A stretch of DNA of 64,000 nt from Eledone cirrhosa (Eukaryota): assembly GCA_964016885.1 (NCBI GenBank), contig OZ024749.1:31992001-32056000 (forward strand), written 5' to 3'. The notes under the pieces were generated by a model. The model made no database searches, was not told the origin of the DNA, and saw only the letters and a list, made by a program, of their open reading frames with translations. This document shows positions 42,296-56,230 of this stretch, piece after piece (position 1 is the stretch's first letter; each line of letters begins with the position of its first letter). The translations under genes and the position numbers were made by a program.

Positions 42296-45200
42296 GAATG
42301 GTGTGGTGTGGTATGATATAATGTGATGTAGTGTGGTGTGGTGTGTTGTGGCATTGTTTGATGTGGTGTGATATACTGTAATATAGTGTGGTGTGGTGGA
42401 GTGTTATATCATATAGTTTGGTGTAATATAGTGTGGTGTGGTGTGGTATACTGTAATATAGTGTGGTGAGGTGTGGTGTAGTGTACTGTAATATAGTGTG
42501 GTGTGGTGTGTTGTGGCATACTTTTATGTGGTGTGATATACTGTAATATCACACCACACCAAACTATATTACTGTAATATAGTGTGGTGTGGTGGAGTGT
42601 AATATCATATAGTTTGGTGTGGTGTACTGTAATATAGTGTGGTGTGGTGTACTGTAATATAGTGTGGTGTGGTGGAGTGTAATATAGTGTGGTGTAGTGT
42701 AATATAGTGTGGTGTGGTGTGGTGTGGTGTACTGTAATATAGTGTGGTGTGGTGTACTGTAATATAGTGTGGTGTGGTGTACTGTAATATAGTGTGGTGT
42801 GGTGTGGTGTACTGTAATATAGTGTGGTGTGGTGTGGTGTACTGTAATATAGTGTGGAGTGGTGTGGTGTACTGTAATATAGTGTGGTGTGGTGTGGTGT
42901 ACTGTAATATAGTGTGGTGTGGTGTAGTGTACTGTAATATAGTGTGGTGTGGTGTGGTGTGGTGTACTGTAATATAAGGTGGTGTGGTGTACTGTAATAT
43001 AGTGTGGTGTGATGTGGTGTACTGTAATATAGTGTGGTGTGGTGTGGTGTGGTGTACTGTAATATAGTGTGGTGTGGTGTGGTGTGGTGTACTGTAATAT
43101 AGTGTGGAGTGGTGTGGTGTACTGTAATATAGTGTGGTGTGGTTTCTGTAATATAGTGTAGTGTGGTGTAATGTAATATAGTGTGGTGTGGTGTGGTGTA
43201 CTGTAATATAGTGTGGTGTGGTGTACTGTAATATAGTGTGGTGTGGTGTGGTGTACTGTAATATAGTGTGGTGTGGTGTGGTGTGGTGTGGTGTACTGTA
43301 ATATAGTGTGGTGTGGTGTACTGTAATATAGTGTGGTGTGGTGTGGTGTGGTGTGGTGTAGTGTACTGTAATAGTGTGTGGTGTGGTGTGGTGTGGTGTG
43401 GTGTACTGTAATATAGTGTGGTGTGGTGTGGTGTGGTGTACTGTAATATAGTGTGGTGTGGTGTGGTGTACTGTAATATAGTGTGGAGTGGTGTGGTGTG
43501 GTGTGGTGTACTGTAATATAGTGTGGTGTGGTGTACTGTAATAGTGTGTGGTGTGGTGTGGTGTACTGTAATATAGTGTGATGTGGTGTGGTGTACTGTA
43601 ATATAGTGTGGTGTGGTGTAGTGTACTGTAATATAGTGTGGTGTGGTGTGGTGTACTGTAATATAGTGTGGTGTGGTGTACTGTAATATAGTGTGGTGTG
43701 GTGTGGTGTACTGTAATATAGTGTGGTGTGATGTGGTGTACTGTAATATAGTGTGGTGTGGTGTAGTGTACTGTAATATAGTGTGGTGTGGTGTAGTGTA
43801 CTGTAATATAGTGTGGTGTGGTGTGGTGTGGTGTACTGTAATATAGTGTGGTGTGGTGTGGTGTACTGTAATATAGTGTGGTGTGATGTGGTGTACTGTA
43901 ATATAGTGTGGTGTGGTGTGGTGTGGTGTACTGTAATATAGTGTGGTGTGGTGTAGTGTACTGTAATATAGTGTGGTGTGGTGTGGTGTGGTGTACTGTA
44001 ATATAGTGTGGTGTGATGTGGTGTACTGTAATATAGTTTGCTGTGGTGTGGTGTGGTGTACATGTAATATAGTGTGGTGTGATGTGGTGTACTGTAATAT
44101 AGTGTGGTGTGGTGTGGTGTGGTGTACTGTAATATAGTGTGGTGTGGTGTAGTGTACTGTAATATAGTGTGGTGTGGTGTGGTGTGGTGTACTGTAATAT
44201 AGTGTGGTGTGGTGTGGTGTGGTGTACTGTAATATAGTGTGGTGTGGTGTGGTGTACTGTAATATAGTGTGGTGTGGTGTGGTGTACTGTAATATAGTGT
44301 GGTGTGGTGTAGTGTACTGTAATATAGTGTGGTGTGGTGTGGTGTGGTGTACTGTAATATAGTGTGGTGTGGTGTGGTGTACTGTAATATAGTGTGGTGT
44401 GGTGTACTGTAATATAGTGTGGTGTGGTGTAGTGTACTGTAATATAGTTTGCTGTGGTGTGGTGTGGTGTACTGTAATATAGTGTTGTGTGGTGTGGTGT
44501 ACTGTAATATAGTGTGGTGTGGTGTGGTGTGGTGTGGTGTACTGTAATATAGTGTGGTGTGGTGTGGTGTGGTGTACTGTAATATAGTGTGGTGTGGTGT
44601 GGTGTGGTGTGGTGTGGTGTACTGTAATATAGTGTGGTGTGGTGTGGTGTACTGTAATATAGTGTGGTGTGGTGTAGTGTACTGTAATATAGTGTGGTGT
44701 GGTGTGGTGTACTGTAATATAGTGTGGTGTGGTGTGGTGTGGTGTACTGTAATATAGTGTTGTGTGGTGTGGTGTACTGTAATATAGTGTTGTGTGGTGT
44801 GGTGTACTGTAATATAGTGTGGTGTGGTGTGGTGTGGTGTACTGTAATATAGTGTTGTGTGGTATGTGTACTGTAATATAGTGTGGTGTGATGTGGTGTG
44901 GTGTACTGTAATATAATGTGGTGTGGTGTGGTGTACTGTAATAGTGTGTGGTGTGGTGTGGTGTACTGTAATATAGAGTGGTGTGGTGTACTGTAATATA
45001 GTGTGGAGTGGTGTGGTGTAGTGTACTGTAATATAGTGTGGTGTGGTGTGGTGTACTGTAATATAGTGTGGTGTGGTGTAGTGTACTGTAATATAGTGTG
45101 GTGTGGTGTGGTGTGGTGTACTGTAATATAGTGTGGTGTGGTGTGGTGTGGTGTACTGTAATATAGTGTGGTGTGGTGTGGTGTACTGTAATATAGTGTG

Positions 45201-45938
45201 GTGTGGTGTGGTGTACTGTAATATAGTGTGGTGTGGTGTGGTGTACTGTAATATAGTGTGGTGTGGTGTACTGTAATATAGTGTGGTGTGGTGTAGTGTA
45301 CTGTAATATAGTTTGCTGTGGTGTGGTGTGGTGTACTGTAATATAGTGTGGTGTGGTGTGGTGTACTGTAATATAGTGTGGTGTGGTGTGGTGTGGTGTG
45401 GTGTACTGTAATATAGTGTGGTGTGGTGTGGTGTACTGTAATATAGTGTGGTGTGGTGTGGTGTACTGTAATATAGTGTGGTGTGGTGTGGTGTGGTGTG
45501 GTGTACTGTAATATAGTGTGGTGTGGTGTACTGTAATATAGTGTGGTGTGGTGTGGTGTACTGTAATAGTGTGTGGTGTGGTATGGTGTGGTGTACTGTA
45601 ATATAGTGTGGTGTGGTGTGGTGTACTGTAATATAGTGTGGAGTGGTGTGGTGTGGTGTACTGTAATATAGTGTGGAGTGGTGTGGTGTACTGTAATATA
45701 GTGTGGAGTGGTGTGGTGTGGTGTACTGTAATATAGTGTGGTGTGGTGTACTGTAATATAGTGTGGTGTGGTGTACTGTAATATAGTGTGGAGTGATGTG
45801 GTGTACTGTAATATAGTGTGGTGTGGTGTACTGTAATATAGTGTGGTGTGGTGTACTGTAATATAGTGTGGTGTGGTGTACTGTAATATAGTGTGGTGTG
45901 GTGTGGTGTACTGTAATATAGTGTGGTGTGGTGTGGTA
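42296..45938. repeat. Satellite built of 5-bp modules: ACTGTAATATA plus a variable number of GTGTG
   Basis: Over 100 units differing in steps of 5 bp. Confidence 0.97.
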
Positions 45939-46134
45939 TGTTGACAGAACTTCTCTAATATCTGGTCAGATGTACATTCAACGAAGCGAAACTTCACAGT
46001 AGAAGAGAGACACAGATAAGTTTTACGCATGATCGAACTCTGACTGATTGAATTTTATATCGTACTTAACCTATAATTGAATCGTGTTAATACTACAATA
46101 AACTACATTGAACTTTCTTAATATCTAGTGTGTC

Positions 46135-47180
46135 GGAGCGCGGGGAATTAGTAGCGATCGGTAGAACATCGGACAACTTATTTTGTGGTATACAATTACA
46201 GTACTTTACGTTTTGAGTTCAAATCCCGCCGAGGTTAACTTTGCGTTTCATCCTTACGGGGTCGATAGAATAAAGTACCAGTAATGCACTGGAATCGATG
46301 TAATTGACAATCGCCTCCCCTAAGATTTCTGGCCTTTTGCTTAAATCAGTTATAGACCTCAGTGCATTACTGGTACTTTATTTTACCGACCCTGTAAGGA
46401 TAAAAAGTAAAGGTTAGCATTGCCATACATCCTTATGGTGTCGATAAAATAAAGTACCAGTAATGTACTAGAGTCGATTTAATTGACATTTTCCTGTCCC
46501 CTAAAAGTTTTGGTCTTCTGCTTAAATCAGAAATAGACCCCAGTGTCTTACTGGTACTTTATTTTATCGACCCTGTAAAGATGAAAGTCAAAGGTTAGCA
46601 TTGCTTTTCGTCCTTACGGGTCGATAAAATAAAGCACCAGTGGTACACTGGTGTCGATTTAATCGACTTTTCTTTTTTTCAAAATCCTTGGGTTTGTGTC
46701 TAAACCAGAAACCTATATTTAGTGGGTTGTAAATGGTTGCATAGATGGATAGCATTGGACAACCATTTTTGTATCCGACTTCCTAACAGCGCTGCAAAGT
46801 TTGCCACCTTCATAGCGTCAAACAATCGAAAAAAAATGCTTTCCCACCGAGGTTAAATTTCCCTTTTATCCTTTCAAAGTCGATAAAATAAAATACCAGT
46901 CATGGACTGGAGTCACAATAATCGACTTTCTTATCCACCCCACCCCACCCACCCCTAAAGAAAGAATAATTGCTGGTCTCGCGCCAAGAATAGATGCCAA
47001 ATTTTTATTAAGCATCTTTTAGTTCTATATGTTTTTATCTATATATCTCTCTCTATATATATCCTTCCAAGGTCGATAAAATAGAATAACCAGTCATGTA
47101 CCAGGGTCGATATAATCGTCTTTCCTATCCATCCACAGTCCCCAAAATAACATTGCGAGGTTTTTACCAAAATTAGGCAC
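46135..47180. mobile_element. Cluster of SINE family 1 core fragments in mixed orientation
   Basis: gtcgata-aataaagtaccag-like cores at about 46260, 46440, 46620, 46880, 47072 (+) and 46370, 46550 (-). Confidence 0.8.
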
Positions 47181-47217
47181 CAAATTTATGGAAACCATCT
47201 TTCAGTTCTATCTTTTA

Positions 47218-47287
<70 letters not shown>

Positions 47288-47288
<1 letters not shown>

Positions 47289-47602
47289 TAATAATAATAA
47301 ATTTGAAGACTAAAATCCAAAGAGGGTTCGATAAGGATAAATATATATCAAATATATAAGAACCGTAGAGCAAATATTTATTAAAATAACAGATTAAAGT
47401 TTAAGCAAAGAATCGCTGCTTTCACCCTTAACGAGATCTTTTGAAACTAACAAAGTCAATCTGTGCACGCAGAAGTGAAATAACGTTTTTTGAAATATTC
47501 ACTTCTGCGTTCACAGATTGACTTTGTTAGTTTCAAAAGATCCCGTTAAGGGTGAAAGCAGCGATTCTTTGCTTAAACTTTAATCTGTTATTTTAATAAA
47601 TA
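47288..47602 (-). mobile_element. Fold-back element family D (arms about 104 bp, tail 47288-47375)
   Basis: 47376-47479 inverse of 47498-47602; hammerhead-shaped fold with non-canonical core. Confidence 0.85.
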
Positions 47603-48020
47603 TATATATATATATAAAATTTCAGGTTATCAATAATGTAGTGATAATATATCGTTACGTTAGAGATGAACAGCGTACGTGCAGGTTTGCTCAACGAGTA
47701 TAAATTATATTCCGGAGAAATGTAGAAAGGATGAATATAAAATGAAAGTGGTTTTGTTAAAAAAGGAATTTATTAGGTATTGACATATGTTTCTGTAACA
47801 GACCGAATACCTATGTATCGCTGCTTGCGTAATCATATAATGTTAGCAAGTATTCGATAGCAAATGTATAATCAGTTGTCACTTCTTCAGAGATTTTGGA
47901 TAAACTGGATAAAATCAGAAAAATTGAAGTATTTATATTAGTAAAAGAGGAAGGAACAGAGGGGATAGTATATGACAGATGGTAAAATAATTTACTGCTA
48001 ATAATTTACTGCTAAACGGG

Positions 48021-48349
48021 CATTTTAGGTGAAATTGTTGGTTATTTTCACGCAGCTGCCAAGCCTTGTCTGCGAGTGTTGTTACATAACGCTGGTTTTC
48101 ATGTTTTATCGAATAACGATGTCTATAAAGGCGTGATTTGAAGGAGGTGGCTGTAGATCCCACATAGTACCACTTCTGTCTATCCGATTCGATAGTACAT
48201 TTGTATACGATGTTGCGTTCAAGACACTGATTGTTCAACGGACACATTCCTGGTTGGACACAGTTGCAATTATAATTTTGCGTTGTTGTATTGCCATGGA
48301 AGGGTTGATGAGGTTGCTTATGTAGGATAGGATGTTGTTTGTTGTTTTG
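48021..48349 (-). pseudogene. Inverted partial duplicate of the GIY-YIG region
   Basis: Same peptide MCPLNNQCL..QFHLK, then truncated by deletion. Confidence 0.88.
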
Positions 48350-48500
48350 TCATGTTATAGCTAATGTTTTACGTGTATTGTTATGTGTTGGAAGGCGTTT
48401 ATACAACCGTTTTGCGTTAAGCTTTTATTTTTACGCAAAACGGTTGTATAAACGCCTTCCAACACATAACAATACACGTAAAACATTAGCTATAACATGA

Positions 48501-49034
48501 CAAAACAACAAACAACATCCTATCCTACATAAGCAACCTCATCAACCCATCCATGGCAATACAACAACGCAAAATTATAATTGCAACTGTGTCCAACCAG
48601 GAATGTGTCCGTTGAACAATCAGTGTCTTGAACGCAACATCGTATACAAATGTACTATCGAATCGGATAGACAGAAGTGGTACTATGTGGGATCTACAGC
48701 CACCTCCTTCAAATCACGCCTTTATAGACATCGTTATTCGATAAAACATGAAAACCAGCGTTATGTAACAACACTCGCAGACAAGGCTTGGCAGCTGCGT
48801 GAAAATAACCAACAATTTCACCTAAAATGGGATATAATAGCGGCTGCCCCCCCCCCCCCCCCCCCCCCCCCCATATATTCCAATGGACAGGAATTTTGTA
48901 AATTATGTAATGTAGAATTATTTTGTATTATGAAATCCAAAAACATTTTATTAAATAACAGAATAGAGCGATCGTTATACTGTAACCATCGCTTAAAATC
49001 TACATTTTCATATTATAAATACTACCAGGATTGA
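48501..49034 (+). pseudogene. PLE GIY-YIG endonuclease C-terminal domain (Neptune-like Cys linker)
   Basis: CNCVQPGMCPLNNQCLERNIVYKC..YYVGSTATSFKSRLYRHRYS..LKWDII..CKLCNVE..LLNNRIE..CNH; no RT domain present. Confidence 0.88.
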
Positions 49035-49503
49035 ACGCCTGTCTCTATCCCCGTTTGATTGTCAAAATAGATATGAACATTCTTTATTAGTTTTAATTCT
49101 ATCAACTCTTCTATTATTTACCTTTTAATACAAACTGCTATAGATAAAATGAGATTTCTGATTTCTTGATTCAATTCCCTAATGCATATACCAGCTGGCT
49201 ACTAGCATTGATGTTATTTAGTAGCAATCGAAATCTCCCCCTTCCCCAATTGACACTTTATAATTAATACTACTGCACCAAATGACCAGCCCTGTCCACT
49301 GTCCAGTTGGTCAAGTAGAGATTAAAATTGGCACTCCCAAAATTCTTATTTAGATTTACTCATGGTATTCTCATTAAAAACCCATTATATACTTGTTTAG
49401 CAGTAAATTATTTTACCATCTGTCATATACTATCCCCTCTGTTCCTTCCTCTTTTACTAATATAAATACTTCAATTTTTCTGATTTTATCCAGTTTATCC
49501 AAA

Positions 49504-49620
49504 ATCTCTGAAGAAGTGACAACTGATTATACATTTGCTATCGAATACTTGCTAACATTATATGATTACGCAAGCAGCGATACATAGGTATTCGGTCTGT
49601 TACAGAAACATATGTCAATA
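49504..49620 (+). ncRNA. Hammerhead core with long stem II in PLE 3' region (mirror at 47778-47894)
   Basis: CTGAAGA-AGTGACA...TGTTACA-GAAA-CATATG-TC^; stem I poorly paired. Confidence 0.6.
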
Positions 49621-49670
49621 CCTAATAAATTCCTTTTTTAACAAAACCACTTTCATTTTATATTCATCCT

Positions 49671-50347
<677 letters not shown>

Positions 50348-50425
50348 ATATATATAAATATTTATATATATATATAAATATTTATATATATATATATATA
50401 AATATTTATATATATATATATATAT

Positions 50426-50496
<71 letters not shown>

Positions 50497-50499
<3 letters not shown>

Positions 50500-50683
50500 T
50501 ATCCCGGGTTCAATCGGGGGAACCACAGTGAGCTAGGTACTCAATACATAGCACAGTATAAATATTTAATATAGAAATGGCTTCTACAGGACTAGAACTG
50601 TTTCATTCAAGAGAAATCATCACAAGCCTGATGATTTCCCCCGAATGAAACAGTTCTAGTCCTGTAGAAACCATTTCTATATT
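50497..50683 (-). mobile_element. Fold-back element with hammerhead core (50628-50670 on + strand; relative at about 33940-33982 on - strand)
   Basis: Arms about 50568-50622 / 50629-50683; CTGATGA-TTTC..GAAT-GAAA-CAG..CTG-TA^GAAA. Confidence 0.72.
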
Positions 50684-50699
50684 ATATATATTAAAAAAA

Positions 50700-50973
50700 A
50701 ACCTGTCTTAAGCCAGAAGGCTCATTTGGCCGGTGTTTTTCGCGGTTTCATGGCGTGAAGCGACTGAGAACACGAGACTCCTCCCTGGACAGGACGCCAG
50801 TCCATCGCAGGGTTAAACCTCCAGCTATTGCTGGTACTCATTTTCAGCTGAGTATACTGGAGCAACGTGAAATGGAGTGTTTTGTTCAAGAACACAACAC
50901 GCAACCCAGGAATCGAGGCCACTACATTATGATCGTAAGTCCAACACCCTTACCACTAGGCCACGTGCCTCCA
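50700..50973 (-). mobile_element. SINE family 2
   Basis: Reverse match to 30725-31010; related copies at about 52719-52965, 61675-61890, 62271-62610. Confidence 0.85.
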
Positions 50974-51186
50974 CATATTATATATATATACGACCCCGTA
51001 AGGATGAAAGGCAAAGTCAAATCCCGCCGAGATGGACTTTGCCTTTCATCCTTACGTCCTTACGGGGTCGATAAAATAAAGTACCAGTAATGAACTCTGG
51101 GTAATTGGTGGCCTTGTGCCTAAAGTAGAAACAATTATATATATATGTATACATATATATATATGTATATACATATATATATATAT

Positions 51187-51323
<137 letters not shown>

Positions 51324-51493
51324 TATATATATCACACCTGCATTCCACCCCTCCCCACCTCCCGTATACTAACACCCACTAACACCTCTTCACCAAACTA
51401 CACACACACCAGTACACCACACTCCCTCCATAGAACCACACACACCCTTCTCTCCCCGCTCCACACTCACTCATCCCACTAACACCCCTACTA

Positions 51494-51538
<45 letters not shown>

Positions 51539-52371
51539 CCTCACTCCAACTCTCACACCTACCCATCCTCGCCTCCCTACCATTCCGCCGACTGCTGCTA
51601 TGCCCTTACGACCACTGTCTCAGCACCAACTGACCACAGCACTTCCACTGCTGACCACTTCCTGTTGCGCGCGCACCCCACATCTCTCCTCTTCCGACCA
51701 CCGCTTCTTGGATTACCCACACGCGTTATTGACTCCCAACCAAAATCTCCATACATCCGTGTAACTTACCACTTTTCAACCATCCTCTTACACCATCACC
51801 TATATAACTCACCCACAACACACACCCCAAAAAAATTTTTTTATCCACACGCCACCCACACCCACAACACGCTTAAACCACACACACGTGCTTCCCACCA
51901 CATATTTACACCCTCAGCCCCCTGATTCCTCTCCCCCCACACCCCTACCCACACACGCACAGACCCTCCAACCCACAAAAACACCCCCCACACACACCTT
52001 CCTGAACATGCAACCCCGTTCTTCCCCCAACCCTCACTTTCACATACACACACACACACACACACGCACACCTAACCACACACACCACCTTCAGCCCTCC
52101 CCGCTCGGACACCCCGTCTCCCTCTCCCCACTCCACCCGCCACCACCTCTACTCACCCCACACCCTTCCACCACCTGTTTACCCCCCTTTTAATTTCAGT
52201 TTATTTTGATCATGCCCTTATTTTTAAATTTTCTCATTCCTTGTATTTTGATCATGCTTTATTTTTATTTATTATTTATTATATTTTTGTCTTTATTTGT
52301 TAATATTTCATTCGCACCGTTTCCTTTCGCTATATGTCTCTCCACCACTCCCCTACACACCTTTTGAACTC

Positions 52372-52406
52372 TCACCTGAAGAAGGGCTTATGCCCGAAAC
52401 GTCGTC
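52372..52406 (+). ncRNA. Minimal hammerhead motif near the 3' end of a C-rich TA-flanked insert (about 51330-52495)
   Basis: AC-CTGAAGA-AGGGC-TTAT-GCCC-GAAA-CG-TC^GT, then AATAAA and (TA)n. Confidence 0.7.
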
Positions 52407-52491
52407 CCCCACCTACCCCCCACTCTCCTGAGCGTGAATTTAATAAACATTTATCGTACTGCCTCTCTGTTCTGTCCCTGTTCAATTTTTC

Positions 52492-52719
<228 letters not shown>

Positions 52720-53241
52720 AGGCGTGTGGCTGAGTGCTTAGAGAACTAGATACGCAATCTTGACCTTGTCAGATCGATTCCTGGACCGGGTGATACATTA
52801 TGTCCTTGAGCAAGACACTTTATTTCACGTTGCTTCTTCTACCGGGAGTTGCGACCGACAGATAGTATTAGCAATTGGAAAGACCAACGGAAACATTGTT
52901 TCCTCGGTCCGATTTGACGAAAGTCGATCGACAAAAATAAATATATATATATATACAAAGAAGCCGGTTAATAAATATATAGTGTTGGCAAATAATCCAT
53001 TTCGAAGAAAGAATCCATGTTTATTTACCATGTATTGATTTTTTTTTTAAATCCAAAGGAATGAGAAGAGTTTGATGAATAAATGTTTTCCTATCCACAA
53101 AGAATTGATCGATAAGAATGTAACGATTCTTGAAAACCCTAAAATAAACATTTTAGCAACTTCAGGATAAAAAAAATACTGCTTTTCTCTCTTTATATTT
53201 GCAACTGTTGACCATATATATATATATATATATACTCACAA

Positions 53242-53289
<48 letters not shown>

Positions 53290-53340
53290 TTGTGCGTGTG
53301 TGTATCTATCTATATGTGTGTGTGTATGCCTGTATATATA

Positions 53341-53513
<173 letters not shown>

Positions 53514-53515
53514 AT

Positions 53516-53548
<33 letters not shown>

Positions 53549-53555
53549 CATATAC

Positions 53556-53964
53556 ATGGTGGCTGCCAACTCGTTTTCGAGTACGGCCACTACTTTATAT
53601 CCATGTAGGAGAACCTCTACCGATGCGCTGAACGAGTGTGACTTTTTAGTCCAGCCAGCGACTTGAAAACTCTGGTACAAACACTACACTTGTGACAATT
53701 ATCGACACATAGTGCTTTGCCTTTGGTACCATGTGACGATAAGTGCAGAGAGATCTCCAGATATAAAGCAATGCCTGTGCCGTGAAGCTTTTATAGTGAG
53801 CAAAGGCACTGCACAAAGCCAGTCCCACTCTCTTAACCAAGATGATATTTACCAAAAAGAAGAACAAGTCAACATCATTGGATACCATCAGGGTTGCAGG
53901 AGTTATATCAGAGTTTTCCTTCTCCTAGAATTCTGCCTTGACAAAGGCTAAGGGGTCATCTCTC
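53556..53964 (+). mobile_element. Family A copy 3, followed by (CATA)n
   Basis: Similarity to copies 1 and 2. Confidence 0.85.
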
Positions 53965-54384
53965 ATACATACATACATACATACATACATACATACATAC
54001 ATCTCTCATACATACATACATACATACATACATACATACATACATACATACATACATACATGTATGTGTGTGTGTATGTGTACATGTTTGTGTGTAATTA
54101 TGCGTGTGTGTGTGTCTGAATGTTTGTGTCATTCCGTGTATGTGTTTGCGATTATATGTTTGTGTGTACGCGTACTTGTGTGTGTGTGCATGTGTGTGCG
54201 TGTGTGTGCGTGTGTATGTGCGTGTGTGCGTGTGTGTGTGCATGTATGTGTGTGCGTGTGTGCGTGTGTGTGTGCATGTGTGTGTGTGTGTGCGTTATTC
54301 CGCGTCAATAATCTGTTGATGTTTCGGTAAGTATGGGAATGTTGAAATATTCAAATAGTTTCTCTGTCAAAACACACTTGGCAA

Positions 54385-55050
54385 TATTTTACTTTAACGT
54401 CCCCCTACCTCCTTTCTATTTCGATGGTAATGTGCCGTGCTGTATTTCACTTAATGTCCTCCTATTCCCATCATATATGGATGGTGATGTGATGTGCTTT
54501 GTTTTACTTTAGCGTTCCCCTAGTTCCACTATATTTGGATGGTGATGAGCTGTGGTGTTTTATTTTAACGTCCCCATATTTCTCTTATGTGTGGATACTG
54601 ATGTGTCATGCTATGTTTTACTTTAACGTCCCCCTATCTCCTCCACATATGGATGGTAATGTGTTGTGCTATGTTTTGCTCTAACATACCCGCATTGTCA
54701 CTCTATGTAGATGGTGATTTGTCGTTCTGTCTTTTACTTTAACGTCCCCATATTTCCACTATGTGTGGTTGGTGACGTGTTGTGTTGTGTTTTACTTTAA
54801 CGTCCTCATATTTCCCCTATATGTCGATGGTGATGTGTCGTGCTGTATTTATTTAACGTCCTCATATTTCCACTATGTGTGGTTGGTGACGCGTTGTGTT
54901 GTGTTTTACTTTAACGTACCCACATTCCCACTATATGTGGTTAGTAAAGTGTCGTGCTATTCTTTACTTTAACCTCCCTCTTTTTCTACTCTATGTAGAT
55001 AGTGCTGTGCTGTGCTATATTTAACGTCGCTGTATCCCCTCCATACGTGG
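54385..55050. repeat. Diverged tandem repeat of about 60 bp, about 11 copies
   Basis: Recurring ttttactttaacgtcccc..ccactatatgtggatggtga. Confidence 0.85.
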
Positions 55051-55389
55051 GTAGCAATGGCGGTATGTTATGCTTACGTATCGCTTAACATTAATGATAC
55101 GCCGACAACAACAACGTTGCTTGCTTTATCAGATCTGAAGTTTCTTCATTATGCGGGGGATTGGAAAAAATGGCATATATGGAATAGAAACAAAATTAAT
55201 ATATATTCTCACACAAATGCAGAAAAACACACACGACCCCACCCCAAAATGTATATATATGTATAGGTATGTGTGTGCGTGCGTGTATGTTCGTGTGTAG
55301 ATGCAATATGCATGTATATATAAATATATACGTGCTCGTATAAATGTGAATTAACATATTTAGATATAGTTATATATCTATACATGTAT

Positions 55390-56204
55390 CATGAAATTTT
55401 GAAACTGACAATATTTTATGATAGTTTCAAAGGGGAAAATGATCTAGGATATTATCGATATATTTACTAATCAATATCAGATATGTAACGCTATGCTGCA
55501 TCCCTTTACGGTCTGAGTTCAAATCCCGCCGAGGTTAACATTGCCTTTCATCCTTACGGGGTCGATAAAATAAAAAATCACCAGTAATGCACTGGGGTCG
55601 ATTAAATCGACCCCCCCCCCCCCACCACCACCACCACCACCACCAATTTACTGACCATGTGCCTATATAAGAAATCATTATTTCAATTTATCCAGGGCGG
55701 TGGATTGGCAGTATCGGTAGAGGGTCGGACGCCATGCATTCCAGCATAGTTACGTCCCTTTACGATCTGAGTTCAAATCCCGCCGAGGTTGACTTTGCCT
55801 TTCATCCTTACGGGGTCGATAAAATAAAGTAGAAGTAATGCACTGGGTAATTGCTGGCCTTGTGCCTAAAGTAGAAACAATTATTTCTATTTATCCAATC
55901 AATATATTTCCTGGACCAATTCTCTCAGTTTGAACGGCAGAATGAAGGTAGTATATTGAGGTTAATACTCTGGAGTTACATACCTGATATTGATTAGTAA
56001 ACCTATCAATAATATCCTGCTTGAGGTTAATACTCTGGAGTTACATACCTGATATTGATTAGTAAACATATCAATAATATCCTGCTTGAGGTTAATACTC
56101 TGGAGTTACATACCTGATATTGATTAGTAAACATATCAATAATATCCTGGTTCATTTTTTCATTTGAAACTATCATAAAACAATATCAGTTTCAAAATTT
56201 CATG
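55390..56204. mobile_element. Long-TIR (about 100 bp) non-autonomous element containing two SINE-1 insertions and a 65-bp triplication
   Basis: 55390-55489 inverse of about 56105-56204; tandem units 55956-56149. Confidence 0.6.
55696..55884 (+). mobile_element. SINE family 1, full length
   Basis: ggcggtggattggcagtatcgg..agtagaaacaatta; imperfect TSD around atttatcca. Confidence 0.9.
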
Positions 56205-56230
56205 TATGTATGTATAAAGATAAATAGAAA

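Larger units (their letters stand above)
47617..49675. mobile_element. 5'-truncated Penelope-like retroelement in fold-back configuration
   Basis: GIY-YIG ORF end, 3' region with hammerhead core, inverted duplicate with tail, TA flanks. Confidence 0.9.

Noticed and set aside
42605-46030. 1141-aa His/Thr/Tyr ORF
   Set aside because: Translation of the 5-bp-module satellite; unit lengths are often not multiples of 3.
48498-48500. In-frame TGA upstream of the GIY-YIG region as selenocysteine
   Set aside because: Lies in a poorly conserved linker, not at an obvious Cys position, and no SECIS was recognised; treated as a stop in a truncated copy.
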